Shown: positions 8,874-19,571, numbered from the stretch's first letter. The stretch: 64,000 bases of DNA from a virus (IMGVR_UViG_3300027852_000031:102380-166379); one strand, 5' to 3'. The notes: generated from the sequence alone by a model not told the origin. Translations and numbers: made by a program.

Positions 8874-10013
8874 TTAATCTTCGGTTAAAACTTGCGACTT
8901 GGACACCCTGGCTAAAATAGGTGTAATTTTTTTTACCAAATCATCAGTAAACATATCGGCTATATCATTCACTGTATCCGGTGTCACACAAAATATGCGA
9001 AAATAATACATTAAATTGTCTTGTAGATGCTCCATTGCTTTAAGTCCAGCTTTATCGTTATCGAACGCTAGTATCAGAGTAAGTGCGCCCGCATTCTGTA
9101 GCATTAATCTTTGATGCTTTGACATACTTATACCGCACAAAGCCACGCTATTCCGTATATCTGCCGTTTCGCAGGCCCATACATCCCCCGGACCTTCGCA
9201 AACTATAGCCGCGCCAGTCTTCTGAATCCATGACTTAGCATGCCATATATTATATAAAGCCAATTCACTTCTAAAGTCTTTTGAGTGTTTCCACTTGGTA
9301 TAAGCCGACAGATACTCTTGGTCCGGACATCTATGTCGGTCTTGGTCGTGATATGTACCACATTCGCTACACTGATCATATATGCTTCTGCCAGACCACC
9401 CTATTACATATCGACCATTATAATCTAATACGGGGAAAAATGATCTTTTATACATCGGCTTACCACGGGTTTCACATGAAGATATGTGGTATTTTGCTAT
9501 TATATCCCTAGATACCCCACGATTTGGGTAATATGTAGTATCTTCCTGTAATCTTGACACAATAGAAGACAATGGTAGACCCTGGTCAATAGTTTGTTTT
9601 TTCTGATTGCGATGTTGTTTCAGTAGTTTAAATATTTCTATATCCTGTGAATCTGTCTGTCCGTCGTGGCTGATCTTCAAACCCAATACGTGTGCTACGA
9701 AACACACCGATTGATAAAAACTCCATTTTTTTTCTGTTTTGCGACCCATTGTCCCCCTGACTAATCCGAATATACTGTTAGACGGTCCTGTAATTGGATC
9801 TTTGTGACATTCTCTTGTCTTGCATTGCCAGTGGCCAGATCGCATAGCCCAAAACATAGCCCTTTGGTTGTCGCCACCATGAACAGGGCATGAAGCTTGA
9901 AGGTAATCGTTCCTTTCTGTGTAGTCCATCCCAAGAGCATCTAGCAGTTCTGTAATGCGCTCGCATGCGCGGTTTTGTATAAATTCGATGTCTTGTTCTG
10001 TGAATTTAGGCAT
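8874..10013 (-). CDS. dnaG: DNA primase (DnaG-type)
   Basis: CPVH...C..C zinc finger, GWSGR, TOPRIM VCEGPGD and FDNDKAG. Confidence 0.88.
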   Translation of the reverse strand: MPKFTEQDIEFIQNRACERITELLDALGMDYTERNDYLQASCPVHGGDNQRAMFWAMRSGHWQCKTRECHKDPITGPSNSIFGLVRGTMGRKTEKKWSFYQSVCFVAHVLGLKISHDGQTDSQDIEIFKLLKQHRNQKKQTIDQGLPLSSIVSRLQEDTTYYPNRGVSRDIIAKYHISSCETRGKPMYKRSFFPVLDYNGRYVIGWSGRSIYDQCSECGTYHDQDRHRCPDQEYLSAYTKWKHSKDFRSELALYNIWHAKSWIQKTGAAIVCEGPGDVWACETADIRNSVALCGISMSKHQRLMLQNAGALTLILAFDNDKAGLKAMEHLQDNLMYYFRIFCVTPDTVNDIADMFTDDLVKKITPILARVSKSQVLTED

Positions 10014-10015
10014 CC

Positions 10016-12718
10016 CTAACCCATCATACTTGATTGTGTCACCATTGAAAATGTTTGCCCTTCGGCCAATTTGCCTATTTCTAGTTCATTTACAATGTTT
10101 ATATATTCGCCACTCTCCATGCCAGGGCCATATCTAGTATCTGTTACCACCAATTTTTTGGTACCATTAGATGGTGGGTCTTCATTCAATTCGGTTTGTG
10201 TTTTCTTCTTTAGAATCGTAAAATTAGAACATAACCAAACTATTCTATCTGATCCAGAAACTACTTCTGCACCTTCTCTCTCAACACCGTCACGATTAAG
10301 TTGAACAGTAGCTAAAACTGGCAGTTTGTATTTAACTGCAAAATTATGTAGTGCTGTTATCAAAAAGCCAAGCAATTGATATTCCTGAACGTTTCCCTTC
10401 AAACCACCATCGTCCATTAGTTTTAAGTAATCATATATTATCAAACATGGTTTGGCACATCCACTGTCCGTAAAACCGACAGTTTTCGATAACCATCTTC
10501 TGGCAATGGACATTATTGCTTGAGGAGTTAAGCCAGCCACAGAAAAATGATCGATATCTAATTTCTTAATATTCGCTTGTGACTCCCATAGCGCATCAGA
10601 TTCATGTTGATTTTTTACGAACTGTCCAGTCTCTACGTGATTTAATTCAACACCCGATACAAGAGATGCTAGTCGGTGCAACTGCGTATCGCTCGTTAGT
10701 TCTGTGTCTAAATACAAAACTGGTATACCATTTTCTGCCATATTTTTTGCTACATTGATACAGAAAAAGCTGTTATGACTTACCATTCCATTCGTAATGA
10801 AACTGTGTCCATCTGGTATATAAAAATCCGATGTCCACTCCTTGTCTGATAATAGTGAATGTATCGGATCAAACAATAGATGCGGATCTATAATTGTTTT
10901 AATCTCCTGATATTCTGGCAAATAGTCATATATTGACAATTGATTTAATAGTTTTTGAACTACATCTCTTCTAGCTTTCCTGGTCCCTCTAATCCAGCGG
11001 TTAACGTTATCTCGCATATTGACTCTTCGTCCTGGCAAAAAAAAGCCTCTGTGTTTTTGGATTGCCCTTTTGAGTGCTAACAGCGGCACCTTTAGGTTTG
11101 GTATCACATCATTTTTGGTGGAAGACGGTTTTTCGCAAAATGAATTAAGTAATTTTTGCTTCCTTTCGATACCAAATCCTATCAGATCGCGGAAAATAAT
11201 TGCTGATTCTACGTTTTGTATTGCAATCTCCCAATACACATTGGGTTTTGTGTGTCCGGGTGGGACTATATGTCTTATTCTGGTTTTTGACAATATTCCT
11301 AAATTCAACAACATTGCCTTTAGTTGAATAGCTAGTTTTTGTGAATTTGTAGTAGCTGTTACTCCTCTTTTTTCTACACAACCATCAGCATCAAAATATC
11401 CACGTAAAGCCCGACAAACAATTTCTTCTTTACATGTTCTAATAGTCGTAGGAAAAATTTTGCGATTATTTTCATCATAAAATCCCAATGATAATATTTT
11501 TTTTGCAATTTTCACCCTATTGCATCTTATATGGAATTTGTTTTCTGTTCCTATGTCACCGCCACAACGACCAATAAATGTTCTAAATTGCTCTCGGCAG
11601 TGTCCATTAATTGAAGCTAGTTCGACGATTGTATCGTTTATACAACCATCGCCAACCAACAATCCAATAACATATGCGTCATTTATGTCGATAGTAGCAC
11701 TACCCCAGTATCTATCCCCTCTTCTACACACTAAATAATCTTTTGACTTCAAATCTTCTGTGTTCTTCCATTTGATTTTTCCATCGGTATCTAGAATTTG
11801 CACAGGGTGGTTTGGGGTTGCCGACAAGGTATTCCCATATTTGGTTTGTATCTTAATTACATCAACAAAACCATTATTCCACCAATACTCGGGTTGTTTT
11901 TCATCGCCATTTGAATTCAGTAATCTCAAATCCGAACTACATAATTGTGGTAATGCTTGTTGGAAATTTGTGGATTTAGCGCAATACATTTCGTATGGCA
12001 TTAAAATACCAAGGTTAGTCAATACTACCGTACTGAAGGAACCGTGACATTTTCCAATTTTCGGCCTAGCGCCAATAACGTTCACAGTAGCAGGACGTAA
12101 GCCACCACCTATTGCTATATCCCACTTAGTAAAACCAGTGGGAAGACCTACAATGTCTTGCGGTGTTGTGGCTAACGATTGCATGACATGCTGGAATGAA
12201 TCTCCTAGTGAAACCACACCTGCGGTTTGGGATACGGTGTTCCCCGTAAATTCGAATATGGGTTCTTCGATGGCACTAATAATTTCATCTACACCTTCTG
12301 CTCCAGTTATCGATGTTAAGGTTTTTTGTATTTTAGTTACAGCAAGATATCCCTGTCTAGCTAATGATAATTTGTATATTGCTATAACCATAGCCTGAAC
12401 GTTATCCCGAGACAGACCAGTTTCATCTATTATTGATGTCAAATACTCAGTGTGTTTTCCTCCAGCGGCAAAAGAGGCATATCCCAAAATCCTGGCAGTA
12501 GCCTGTATGCTAGGTAAATCAAATGTTTTTGTATCTTCTTTGTGAACCATGTGTGAAAAAATTGCAAACAATTCCTGATTATATTTCCAGTATAAATCTT
12601 TAACATTGATGATATCTTCTACTTCGAAGAAACAATCAGAACCATACGTAGCTATGCCCGCCATGACGGCTCGTTCCATGCCAGAGTCTTGTAGTATAGC
12701 ATTTTGTTTATTGCGCAT
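10016..12718 (-). CDS. dnaB: Replicative helicase DnaB containing an intein
   Basis: GLPTGF, ARPKIGK|S Walker A split by intein, YDYLKLM, QLNR. Confidence 0.92.
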   Translation of the reverse strand: MRNKQNAILQDSGMERAVMAGIATYGSDCFFEVEDIINVKDLYWKYNQELFAIFSHMVHKEDTKTFDLPSIQATARILGYASFAAGGKHTEYLTSIIDETGLSRDNVQAMVIAIYKLSLARQGYLAVTKIQKTLTSITGAEGVDEIISAIEEPIFEFTGNTVSQTAGVVSLGDSFQHVMQSLATTPQDIVGLPTGFTKWDIAIGGGLRPATVNVIGARPKIGKCHGSFSTVVLTNLGILMPYEMYCAKSTNFQQALPQLCSSDLRLLNSNGDEKQPEYWWNNGFVDVIKIQTKYGNTLSATPNHPVQILDTDGKIKWKNTEDLKSKDYLVCRRGDRYWGSATIDINDAYVIGLLVGDGCINDTIVELASINGHCREQFRTFIGRCGGDIGTENKFHIRCNRVKIAKKILSLGFYDENNRKIFPTTIRTCKEEIVCRALRGYFDADGCVEKRGVTATTNSQKLAIQLKAMLLNLGILSKTRIRHIVPPGHTKPNVYWEIAIQNVESAIIFRDLIGFGIERKQKLLNSFCEKPSSTKNDVIPNLKVPLLALKRAIQKHRGFFLPGRRVNMRDNVNRWIRGTRKARRDVVQKLLNQLSIYDYLPEYQEIKTIIDPHLLFDPIHSLLSDKEWTSDFYIPDGHSFITNGMVSHNSFFCINVAKNMAENGIPVLYLDTELTSDTQLHRLASLVSGVELNHVETGQFVKNQHESDALWESQANIKKLDIDHFSVAGLTPQAIMSIARRWLSKTVGFTDSGCAKPCLIIYDYLKLMDDGGLKGNVQEYQLLGFLITALHNFAVKYKLPVLATVQLNRDGVEREGAEVVSGSDRIVWLCSNFTILKKKTQTELNEDPPSNGTKKLVVTDTRYGPGMESGEYINIVNELEIGKLAEGQTFSMVTQSSMMG
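10772..12049 (-). mobile_element. Intein (426 aa) with LAGLIDADG endonuclease in DnaB Walker A
   Basis: Starts C, TPNHP block B, GLLVGDG and GYFDADG, ends SHN|S. Confidence 0.92.
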
Positions 12719-13263
12719 TATGACATTCGACCCTTTTTAGCATTTAAACATTGCTGACATTTTTGTCCCATCTTACCATCAGATCTACTAGAATCAAACT
12801 CTTTATCACATTCGTTGCATTTAACCTTGTATTGTTTATGGGTTGGTCTATTGAGTTTAACTTTGCGATCTTTTGTCTTTTCTGCTCGTATTGTATTGGC
12901 CCGAACTTCTGTCGGATCAATTTCGTTTGTAATAAAAACAGTTTTGCCAACTACAGATTCTGTTACTTGTGTTACTGATGGTGTCTCATCCATTATACGC
13001 TCTGTATCATTTTTCTTTGTTGTTTTTTTAGTTTTTTTCTGGGTAATTTTCTTTTTGGTTTTTTGAGGTAAATTTATGGTATTATCAAAATATTTGACGA
13101 TATTTTGGATTTTAGATATCATTTCTGGCGGTGTTAATTCAACTTCATTTGAATCACTACATGGAGGAGCTATCCATTCTCCAGTTATTTTTTCAAAACC
13201 ATTGCACACCTGTTGCCAATCGCCATCTATAATTCCATTCTTAATTATATCTAACGGATTCAT
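12718..13263 (-). CDS. Hypothetical protein with C-terminal zinc ribbon
   Basis: CNEC...CQQC; coupled to neighbours. Confidence 0.6.
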   Translation of the reverse strand: MNPLDIIKNGIIDGDWQQVCNGFEKITGEWIAPPCSDSNEVELTPPEMISKIQNIVKYFDNTINLPQKTKKKITQKKTKKTTKKNDTERIMDETPSVTQVTESVVGKTVFITNEIDPTEVRANTIRAEKTKDRKVKLNRPTHKQYKVKCNECDKEFDSSRSDGKMGQKCQQCLNAKKGRMS

Positions 13264-13679
13264 ATATTTGTTCCTTCATTATATCTAGCTCTTACTAACC
13301 CATTAATACTCTGACATATTACCTCGATGCGTCTGGCTAGATATTGTATCCTTTCTAATCTAAGGCTAGCCTTTTTTATCCATTGATTCAATTTAGACCT
13401 ATCGTCGCATGATAATATTTGCTGAATTTTATCAGCCCATTTTAAAAAAGTATTACACTCATTAACTTTCTGTTGTAGAAATAATGCATATTGCGATAGA
13501 ATTACAGCATTCTCAGACAATTCGACAGACGATTGTAATCTCATATCTTGTCTTGTCAAGCCCAAAATATTTTCTATCTCATCTGTTCCTGGATTGTAGA
13601 TTGGCAAACTAAGCGACTTAATCCAGTCGTCCATTTCTTGTTTATATTTAGTCGTTTCTTCTCGTAGATTATTCATCAT
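13260..13679 (-). CDS. Hypothetical helical protein (possible UvsY-like mediator)
   Basis: 139-aa helical ORF in recA-dnaB operon; function inferred from position only. Confidence 0.4.
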   Translation of the reverse strand: MMNNLREETTKYKQEMDDWIKSLSLPIYNPGTDEIENILGLTRQDMRLQSSVELSENAVILSQYALFLQQKVNECNTFLKWADKIQQILSCDDRSKLNQWIKKASLRLERIQYLARRIEVICQSINGLVRARYNEGTNI

Positions 13680-14040
13680 ATATTTCTATAAGTTTAAATC
13701 CGTTTAATTCGCACCAGTTTCTTTTCCTCTGATCTGTATCCTGTTGTTTATGAAAATCTTGTTTCGTTTTATGGAAATGTTTGATATGTGTAGTATGTTG
13801 TTTACCATGACATTCAACTACCACATTGACAGATGGAATGAAAAAATCTAAAATAAATTTTTCATCAGATACATATACTTCCTCAAAAATAATGTCGTGT
13901 GGATACTCTTGTAGTAGTTGTTGACCAATCTTATATTGAAAAATAGATTTTGACTTATCGTATGGTCTTAAGTGTTTGGTCCGAAGCTTAAGCTTGCACG
14001 TACCACCATTCAGTGATTTTATTTCCATTCTATAATTCAA
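13669..14040 (-). CDS. Vsr/DUF559-like endonuclease
   Basis: LDFFIP, VVECHGKQH, DQRKRNWCELNGFKLIEI. Confidence 0.75.
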   Translation of the reverse strand: MNYRMEIKSLNGGTCKLKLRTKHLRPYDKSKSIFQYKIGQQLLQEYPHDIIFEEVYVSDEKFILDFFIPSVNVVVECHGKQHTTHIKHFHKTKQDFHKQQDTDQRKRNWCELNGFKLIEIYDE

Positions 14041-14584
14041 TATCTTGTTGATTAAATCGTGCAGTTATGTTTAGCTTGCCGTTGAACAAACAACACTTTA
14101 CGCCCGCCTCTTGCAACATGCGCCATCCATTCTGTATTGACTCAACCCAGGTCTTGTGATTAGCTGCTCTCGCCATCAATTGTGCGTGTCCAACTACTTT
14201 AATAATACCTGCTTCTATTATTGCTTTAGCACATTCAGAACAAGAATAAAATGGACAATACAATACAGAACCTATTGTACCCATTTGTACTTTGGCAGCT
14301 TTTAGAATACTCCCGTGTTCTGCATGGACGACTAATCTATATTTTGTTGATCTATCTTCCAATCTTTCTCGCGTTTCTGCTATGCCATTTGGAAATTTAT
14401 TAGTTGCATATACAAAGTCTTCGTCATTATGACTTACTAGTACAGCACCGTTCTTGGTACTGGGGTCGGGACTAAATGTATTGCCGAAATCATACGCATT
14501 CGCAAGAAACAATTTAGCTGTAGTTGACGTCGTTAATGTAAATGGATTTGGTAACCATCGTAGTTGATCCGCCATATGATCCAT
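14030..14584 (-). CDS. dCMP deaminase family protein
   Basis: SPDPSTKNGA, HAE, CSECAKAIIEAGI. Confidence 0.85.
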   Translation of the reverse strand: MDHMADQLRWLPNPFTLTTSTTAKLFLANAYDFGNTFSPDPSTKNGAVLVSHNDEDFVYATNKFPNGIAETRERLEDRSTKYRLVVHAEHGSILKAAKVQMGTIGSVLYCPFYSCSECAKAIIEAGIIKVVGHAQLMARAANHKTWVESIQNGWRMLQEAGVKCCLFNGKLNITARFNQQDIEL

Positions 14585-14585
14585 T

Positions 14586-16865
14586 TTAGTTCTCCTGATC
14601 CTGCGGTAATACTATAGTTCGTATCTCAGATTCTAGTTGCATCAATTTATCTATATTATTTCTTAAGAAATTAGACAATTTAGCCAACCCTTGGAATTTT
14701 GGTGTCTCATCGTTCTCTGCGAACATTGGTACGGAATACCATGCACCAGCTTTCTGGACTAAACCCAAATTTTCGGCTGTATTGACTATGTCGCGAACAT
14801 TGTCTATTCCTATGCCATATTTCAAAGGGATAGTGCACGGTAGCAATGGCCTGCCCATTGCCGATGACTGAACCATTATGTGCATATCGTGTCCATCTGG
14901 CGCGTTGGTCTCTGGGTTTTTATCCCACTGTTGCGTCCATGTAACTTTGAGCCAGACAGAACAAGCATACTGAACAGCGACACCACCCTTCTCTATATAT
15001 TTTGGCCCACGAGGTTCCCTGTTGCTAATCATCTGAGAAATAAATATTAGAATTACATTGTTAGTATCAACGACCTGTTGTGCTCGACGGAAAAAGGCTG
15101 ACAAAAGTTTTGCTGGTCCTGCCATATCCTTATTTGACCCGATTAATTCTTCTTGCTCTGTGATAGTAGATAATGCCGCTATGCTATCTATAACCACTAC
15201 AGCTTTTTTTTGTGTTTTGGCTATCCGTTCAATAATGTTGAGATAATCTTCTGCAGATAGCGGCTTATCTATTTGGTGTGGTACTACCTGTAGTTTATCG
15301 GCATCTAATCCACCAATGGTACCAAGCAATTCTGGGGTACACCGACGTTCTATGTTAATATAAAACGTTGGTCTATTTTGTTTTTGGGCATTTCGTAATA
15401 GCTCTAGACATAATGTTGTATTGTGATTTACTATCCCGTTTGCTAAAAACGATTTGCTGATAGGAACACTTAAGTCTGCTGTATGCACAATACCCGTATC
15501 CAAGGCTGTAACTGTATCAAAAAACAAATGTGGATCAATTAACGATTCAATTGTCTGATATTCTTTCGTGTGTCGATAATCCAAAAATTGATTAAGCATC
15601 TTCCGAACCACATCCCTGCGGGCTTGACGTTTTCCTGATTTCCATCTATTGATTGTCGTCCTCAAGTTGTTCATTGTTCTTGAAAGAAAATATCCACGAT
15701 CTCTGATAATTACTGTTTGTAGAGCAGTTATTGGTTCGTTCAGATACGGAACTGTATCGCATTTGGTAGATGATTTTCTACGACAAAGCGATTCTAGTGC
15801 TTTTCTTTTTCTTGGAATGCGGAAATTTATATAATCTTTAAATCTTTTTATTGATTCAGTATTATGTATATTTATTTCCCAATATTCACGACTTTCTGTG
15901 TGTCCCGGAGGAACAATATGTCTAACCCTGGTATTTGACAATATTCCTAAATTCATCAAAATGGTTTTTATTTGTATGGCGAGTATCCTAGAATTAGTGG
16001 TCGCACTTATTCCACTTTTCCCAATTGTTCCATCGGCATCAAAATAACCAGACAACATATTACATATGTTATTAATATTACATGTACGGATAAAAGCTGG
16101 TACTTGTTTGTATTTATTGATATAAAACTTCTCTCTTGTCAGTATTTTGCCGTATTTTACAGAATTGAAATGATGGTCCTTGTCTGCGTATGTTAAAACT
16201 TTACCATTTCTTTTAACTACAAAATCAACAAAAGCTTCATAACAAATAGAATCTTTTGTCGACAATTGTATTCTTTGATTGGCTATATGGCCGTCACCTA
16301 TTAAAAGGCCGTAGACATAGGCGTCGTTGTTGTCAATTGACCTATTTCCCCATATATTATCCCCTCTACGACACACTAAAGTATCACCTATCTCGACATC
16401 TTTACCATTTTTCCATCTCTGGATACCGTCATGATCTAGTACCATCAACGGATGGTTGTGCGTTACACTAATTTCTGAACCAAATTTTGTATCAATTTTA
16501 ATAACATTATCTATTCCATTATCATACCAAGATGATACTCGCTGCAATTTGCCGGTATTAGACACAACTCTAATTTTTGATAATGTTCTTAATTCTTTGA
16601 GATTCAATAGTCCATGATTTGTTACCACAAAAGTATTCTTAGAATCAACGCATTTCCCAGATTTTGGTTTGCCTGTTATCAAACATATTGTTCCGTCTGG
16701 TATTCCACCACTCAGTGCTATGTCCAAAGATAATGGGGTGTTCAGTATGTTACGTGACCGTGGTGGTAACGCCCTTGAGGCTGGTGCTATGATTCCTTCT
16801 CCGTGCACTCGCTCCAGAAATGCATCTAATGATTCTGCATTTACATCTGGTCGTTTTCTAGCCAT
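14586..16865 (-). CDS. recA: RecA/UvsX recombinase containing an intein
   Basis: SLDIALSGGIP, GKPKSGK|TT, VIDSIAAL, IFISQ, KAGAWY; start taken at MARKR (16865). Confidence 0.92.
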   Translation of the reverse strand: MARKRPDVNAESLDAFLERVHGEGIIAPASRALPPRSRNILNTPLSLDIALSGGIPDGTICLITGKPKSGKCVDSKNTFVVTNHGLLNLKELRTLSKIRVVSNTGKLQRVSSWYDNGIDNVIKIDTKFGSEISVTHNHPLMVLDHDGIQRWKNGKDVEIGDTLVCRRGDNIWGNRSIDNNDAYVYGLLIGDGHIANQRIQLSTKDSICYEAFVDFVVKRNGKVLTYADKDHHFNSVKYGKILTREKFYINKYKQVPAFIRTCNINNICNMLSGYFDADGTIGKSGISATTNSRILAIQIKTILMNLGILSNTRVRHIVPPGHTESREYWEINIHNTESIKRFKDYINFRIPRKRKALESLCRRKSSTKCDTVPYLNEPITALQTVIIRDRGYFLSRTMNNLRTTINRWKSGKRQARRDVVRKMLNQFLDYRHTKEYQTIESLIDPHLFFDTVTALDTGIVHTADLSVPISKSFLANGIVNHNTTLCLELLRNAQKQNRPTFYINIERRCTPELLGTIGGLDADKLQVVPHQIDKPLSAEDYLNIIERIAKTQKKAVVVIDSIAALSTITEQEELIGSNKDMAGPAKLLSAFFRRAQQVVDTNNVILIFISQMISNREPRGPKYIEKGGVAVQYACSVWLKVTWTQQWDKNPETNAPDGHDMHIMVQSSAMGRPLLPCTIPLKYGIGIDNVRDIVNTAENLGLVQKAGAWYSVPMFAENDETPKFQGLAKLSNFLRNNIDKLMQLESEIRTIVLPQDQEN
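15420..16652 (-). mobile_element. Intein (411 aa) with LAGLIDADG endonuclease in RecA Walker A
   Basis: Starts CVDS, THNHP, GLLIGDG and GYFDADG, ends NHN|T. Confidence 0.92.
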
Positions 16866-17328
16866 TTTCCATTTCTCGTATTTTAGAGATGGTTGTCTTT
16901 TCCCCAGTATCAACAAATTTAGCATTTTCTTTAATATCTATATCTGAATTATACCGATTTACATCCATCTTGTTTCTGTCACGATTAATAATATCTAGTT
17001 GTTTAAAGGTCAATGCAATCACTCTGCTGATTGTTTTTTTAGCTGTTAACGACTTTATATTATTGTTCTTTATAACATGCACCAAAGCGGTTCTTACGAC
17101 CTGGTCATCCATATTTAATTCATTCGCTAAATTTGCAATACCTTTCGTTTCTCTTCTATATTTCGGCCCCCAATATTTGGTATCTGACCAAAACCTTGGT
17201 GCCAATTTTCTATTCACATTCAGACAAACCAATTCTATGATAAATGACCTAAAAGTAGTATATAAACCCATCGTGGTCGGTGATTCGTATGGATGTTTTT
17301 CGTCTCGCTGTTGATGCCTAATAGCCAT
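16858..17328 (-). CDS. Hypothetical protein
   Basis: 156-aa ORF abutting neighbours. Confidence 0.65.
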   Translation of the reverse strand: MAIRHQQRDEKHPYESPTTMGLYTTFRSFIIELVCLNVNRKLAPRFWSDTKYWGPKYRRETKGIANLANELNMDDQVVRTALVHVIKNNNIKSLTAKKTISRVIALTFKQLDIINRDRNKMDVNRYNSDIDIKENAKFVDTGEKTTISKIREMENG

Positions 17329-17754
17329 CTATTTGTTCTCAATCAAAAAGAAGCCAGCCTCATGTGGTTTTCTATCTTCCGTAATTGTATGATCAAATCT
17401 TGGCTTCCTGTGCCATACAATATTCACCACACTGCTGTCGTGATAGCCTATGCCAATATATTCGAATTGTGGTCCATTCCACACTGCATGTTTTTTGTAT
17501 CCGAAAAAATATCCTTTTTGATTTGGCGGCATAGATATGTTGATATTCCTCGGAGCTTGTAGTCTTAATCCAGTAATAGATATATTTTTATTTATTTTTA
17601 ACCATTCTGACAACCTGACCCAAGCATGTCTTGCTTTTGGTCTGTTGTCCTGAATTACCGTTCTGCCATCAGATAAAGACGCTAAAAATCTAATCTTCGG
17701 AGTTTTTTCAGCAACCGTAAAAGATATCAGCGAATCTTTTTGTGTATTCACCAT
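17329..17754 (-). CDS. Hypothetical protein
   Basis: 141-aa ORF abutting neighbours. Confidence 0.65.
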   Translation of the reverse strand: MVNTQKDSLISFTVAEKTPKIRFLASLSDGRTVIQDNRPKARHAWVRLSEWLKINKNISITGLRLQAPRNINISMPPNQKGYFFGYKKHAVWNGPQFEYIGIGYHDSSVVNIVWHRKPRFDHTITEDRKPHEAGFFLIENK

Positions 17755-17757
17755 GGG

Positions 17758-18078
17758 TTATTGCTTCCTTTTTTTTGTACTTTTAGGTGCCGATCCACGT
17801 CGTTGTTCGTCTGCTTTCATTGATTCAGCGGGTGTCATAGCATGGACACCCTTGCCGATATTCAAATTGTTGCCTGGTTCTAGGCATATAATCCGGCCAT
17901 CTTTTACTTCTTTTTTCTGCTTAGATATATCATCATCTTTTTTGTCAACAAAATTGTTAAATTTTTCCGCAGCTTTGGATAAAAATACATTCCTTGTCTT
18001 TGAATGCAATCGTCCTAAATTAACATTCGAATCAGACAAAAATTCTAAAAAATCTTTTTTAAATTGCTCGAAAGTCAT
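17758..18078 (-). CDS. Hypothetical protein
   Basis: Co-oriented overlapping ORF. Confidence 0.55.
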   Translation of the reverse strand: MTFEQFKKDFLEFLSDSNVNLGRLHSKTRNVFLSKAAEKFNNFVDKKDDDISKQKKEVKDGRIICLEPGNNLNIGKGVHAMTPAESMKADEQRRGSAPKSTKKRKQ

Positions 18079-18385
18079 GACGGAATCTCCTCTGTGCTAT
18101 CATAAGTGGTGTTCTATTTTTTGTTTTTAAAAAGGTTATATATTGCTCATAACATTTTTGACTGCACGAAATTAATCTACAATGTCTTGTGCTATGTTTT
18201 GGGTTTTGCTGGGTGATTGAGCCCATAGATTCCAATGGATTAAACAAGTCGCCATTTTGATTACTCAAAACCCAACATCTATCTTGTTCTTTTTTGGCGA
18301 ATACATTAAACCTTGGTTTATGGTTCTTATTAATGCTGTGTGGTACCCCACCAACATCAACAGCTATGATTTTTTCTTCGCCCAT
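18059..18385 (-). CDS. Hypothetical protein
   Basis: Co-oriented overlapping ORF. Confidence 0.55.
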   Translation of the reverse strand: MGEEKIIAVDVGGVPHSINKNHKPRFNVFAKKEQDRCWVLSNQNGDLFNPLESMGSITQQNPKHSTRHCRLISCSQKCYEQYITFLKTKNRTPLMIAQRRFRHDFRAI

Positions 18386-18705
18386 ACACGAAATCCTACA
18401 TCAGTTTCTGGATCAGAATCTTCGGGTTCAACTACATCAAAACACAAATCATCACTTGGTGATCCTGGATAAAAAGTACCCAATATCTGTACAACATCAG
18501 AATGACCATTACATAGTTCGCATTTGACTAAAACACGAGTAATAACTTCAGCATCCGCGCCTTCTGGCGCGTCAACAAGTTGTAGCTGCAAAATATGCCT
18601 ATTGCAATCGTTGCATTTGATCGGTAATATACCTTTGTTTTTAATACCTTTGAGTATCCGGGGGTTGTTATCGCTTTGTGTTGTTTCTATTTTTGATTTA
18701 TCCAC
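18364..18705 (-). CDS. Zinc-ribbon hypothetical protein
   Basis: CNDC...CELC. Confidence 0.55.
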   Translation of the reverse strand: MDKSKIETTQSDNNPRILKGIKNKGILPIKCNDCNRHILQLQLVDAPEGADAEVITRVLVKCELCNGHSDVVQILGTFYPGSPSDDLCFDVVEPEDSDPETDVGFRVWAKKKS

Positions 18706-18707
18706 AG

Positions 18708-19028
18708 TTATATTTCTCCTGTTTTGATATATTTCTCGGGATTATTAAGAATTCTTTTATCAACAGATTCTTCTCTCCAGAATGGTGGTTCGGATTTGTT
18801 TTTATCTTGATTAAATTTGTCATTTTGGTTGGATTTCTTTTTCTGCTTACGACCGCCTAAGCATGGCGTTGATGTTCCTTTAACGATAGCAGCTGACCCA
18901 CATCCGATCAATTTGATAAGCTTCGGCTGTTTACACTTTGGGCATTCTAATAGCGGTTGTGCAGACATAGAATGGAATGCCTCAAACTCATGGCCACACG
19001 CTTCGCATTCGTAATCATATGTAGGCAT
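18708..19028 (-). CDS. FmdB-family zinc-ribbon regulatory protein
   Basis: MPTYDYECEACGHEFE...CPKC signature. Confidence 0.88.
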   Translation of the reverse strand: MPTYDYECEACGHEFEAFHSMSAQPLLECPKCKQPKLIKLIGCGSAAIVKGTSTPCLGGRKQKKKSNQNDKFNQDKNKSEPPFWREESVDKRILNNPEKYIKTGEI

Positions 19029-19043
19029 ACCTTATTATACCTC

Positions 19044-19571
19044 CTAATCGGTTCTTTGTTCCGCGAAAGTTCCCTTGTTTTTTGCAAAATGGCCAAGATT
19101 CTTACGATCCTGTTCTGTGTACAAACCTCCGTCAGATGTTTCAATTTTCAATTGTTTCTTGATAGCCGAAACAACCTCTGGTGAACGTTGTCCAACCTTT
19201 TTGACAACACATGTTAGTAGGGTCAATAGGTTGTCACGTTTCAGAAACGCTTTCACAAACAAAAAGCCAGCCACGATAAAGATAACAGCCATGATACTAC
19301 TTCCTATTATCACCCAGCCAGCACCCCCATAATTTATTGTATCAGCTTGTACGTCTTTTTGCCACAAAGACAACTTTTCTGCAATCTGTACTGTTTGTTC
19401 AATCATGTTATTTATCTCGTCTATCTGTTCAGCCACTACGGTATTATCGGCCTTTTGATCCACAACTTTCTCAAGTCGTTCCATGTCAGTACGTACACCC
19501 TGGATGTCAGTCTTAACCGCTTCGGGTGTCACACATCCCTGCATGACACCAAAGAGTATGGCTAGGATCAT
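19044..19571 (-). CDS. Putative lipoprotein with coiled coil and TM helix
   Basis: Lipobox-like MQGC, heptad region, hydrophobic segment; start may lie further upstream. Confidence 0.5.
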   Translation of the reverse strand: MILAILFGVMQGCVTPEAVKTDIQGVRTDMERLEKVVDQKADNTVVAEQIDEINNMIEQTVQIAEKLSLWQKDVQADTINYGGAGWVIIGSSIMAVIFIVAGFLFVKAFLKRDNLLTLLTCVVKKVGQRSPEVVSAIKKQLKIETSDGGLYTEQDRKNLGHFAKNKGTFAEQRTD

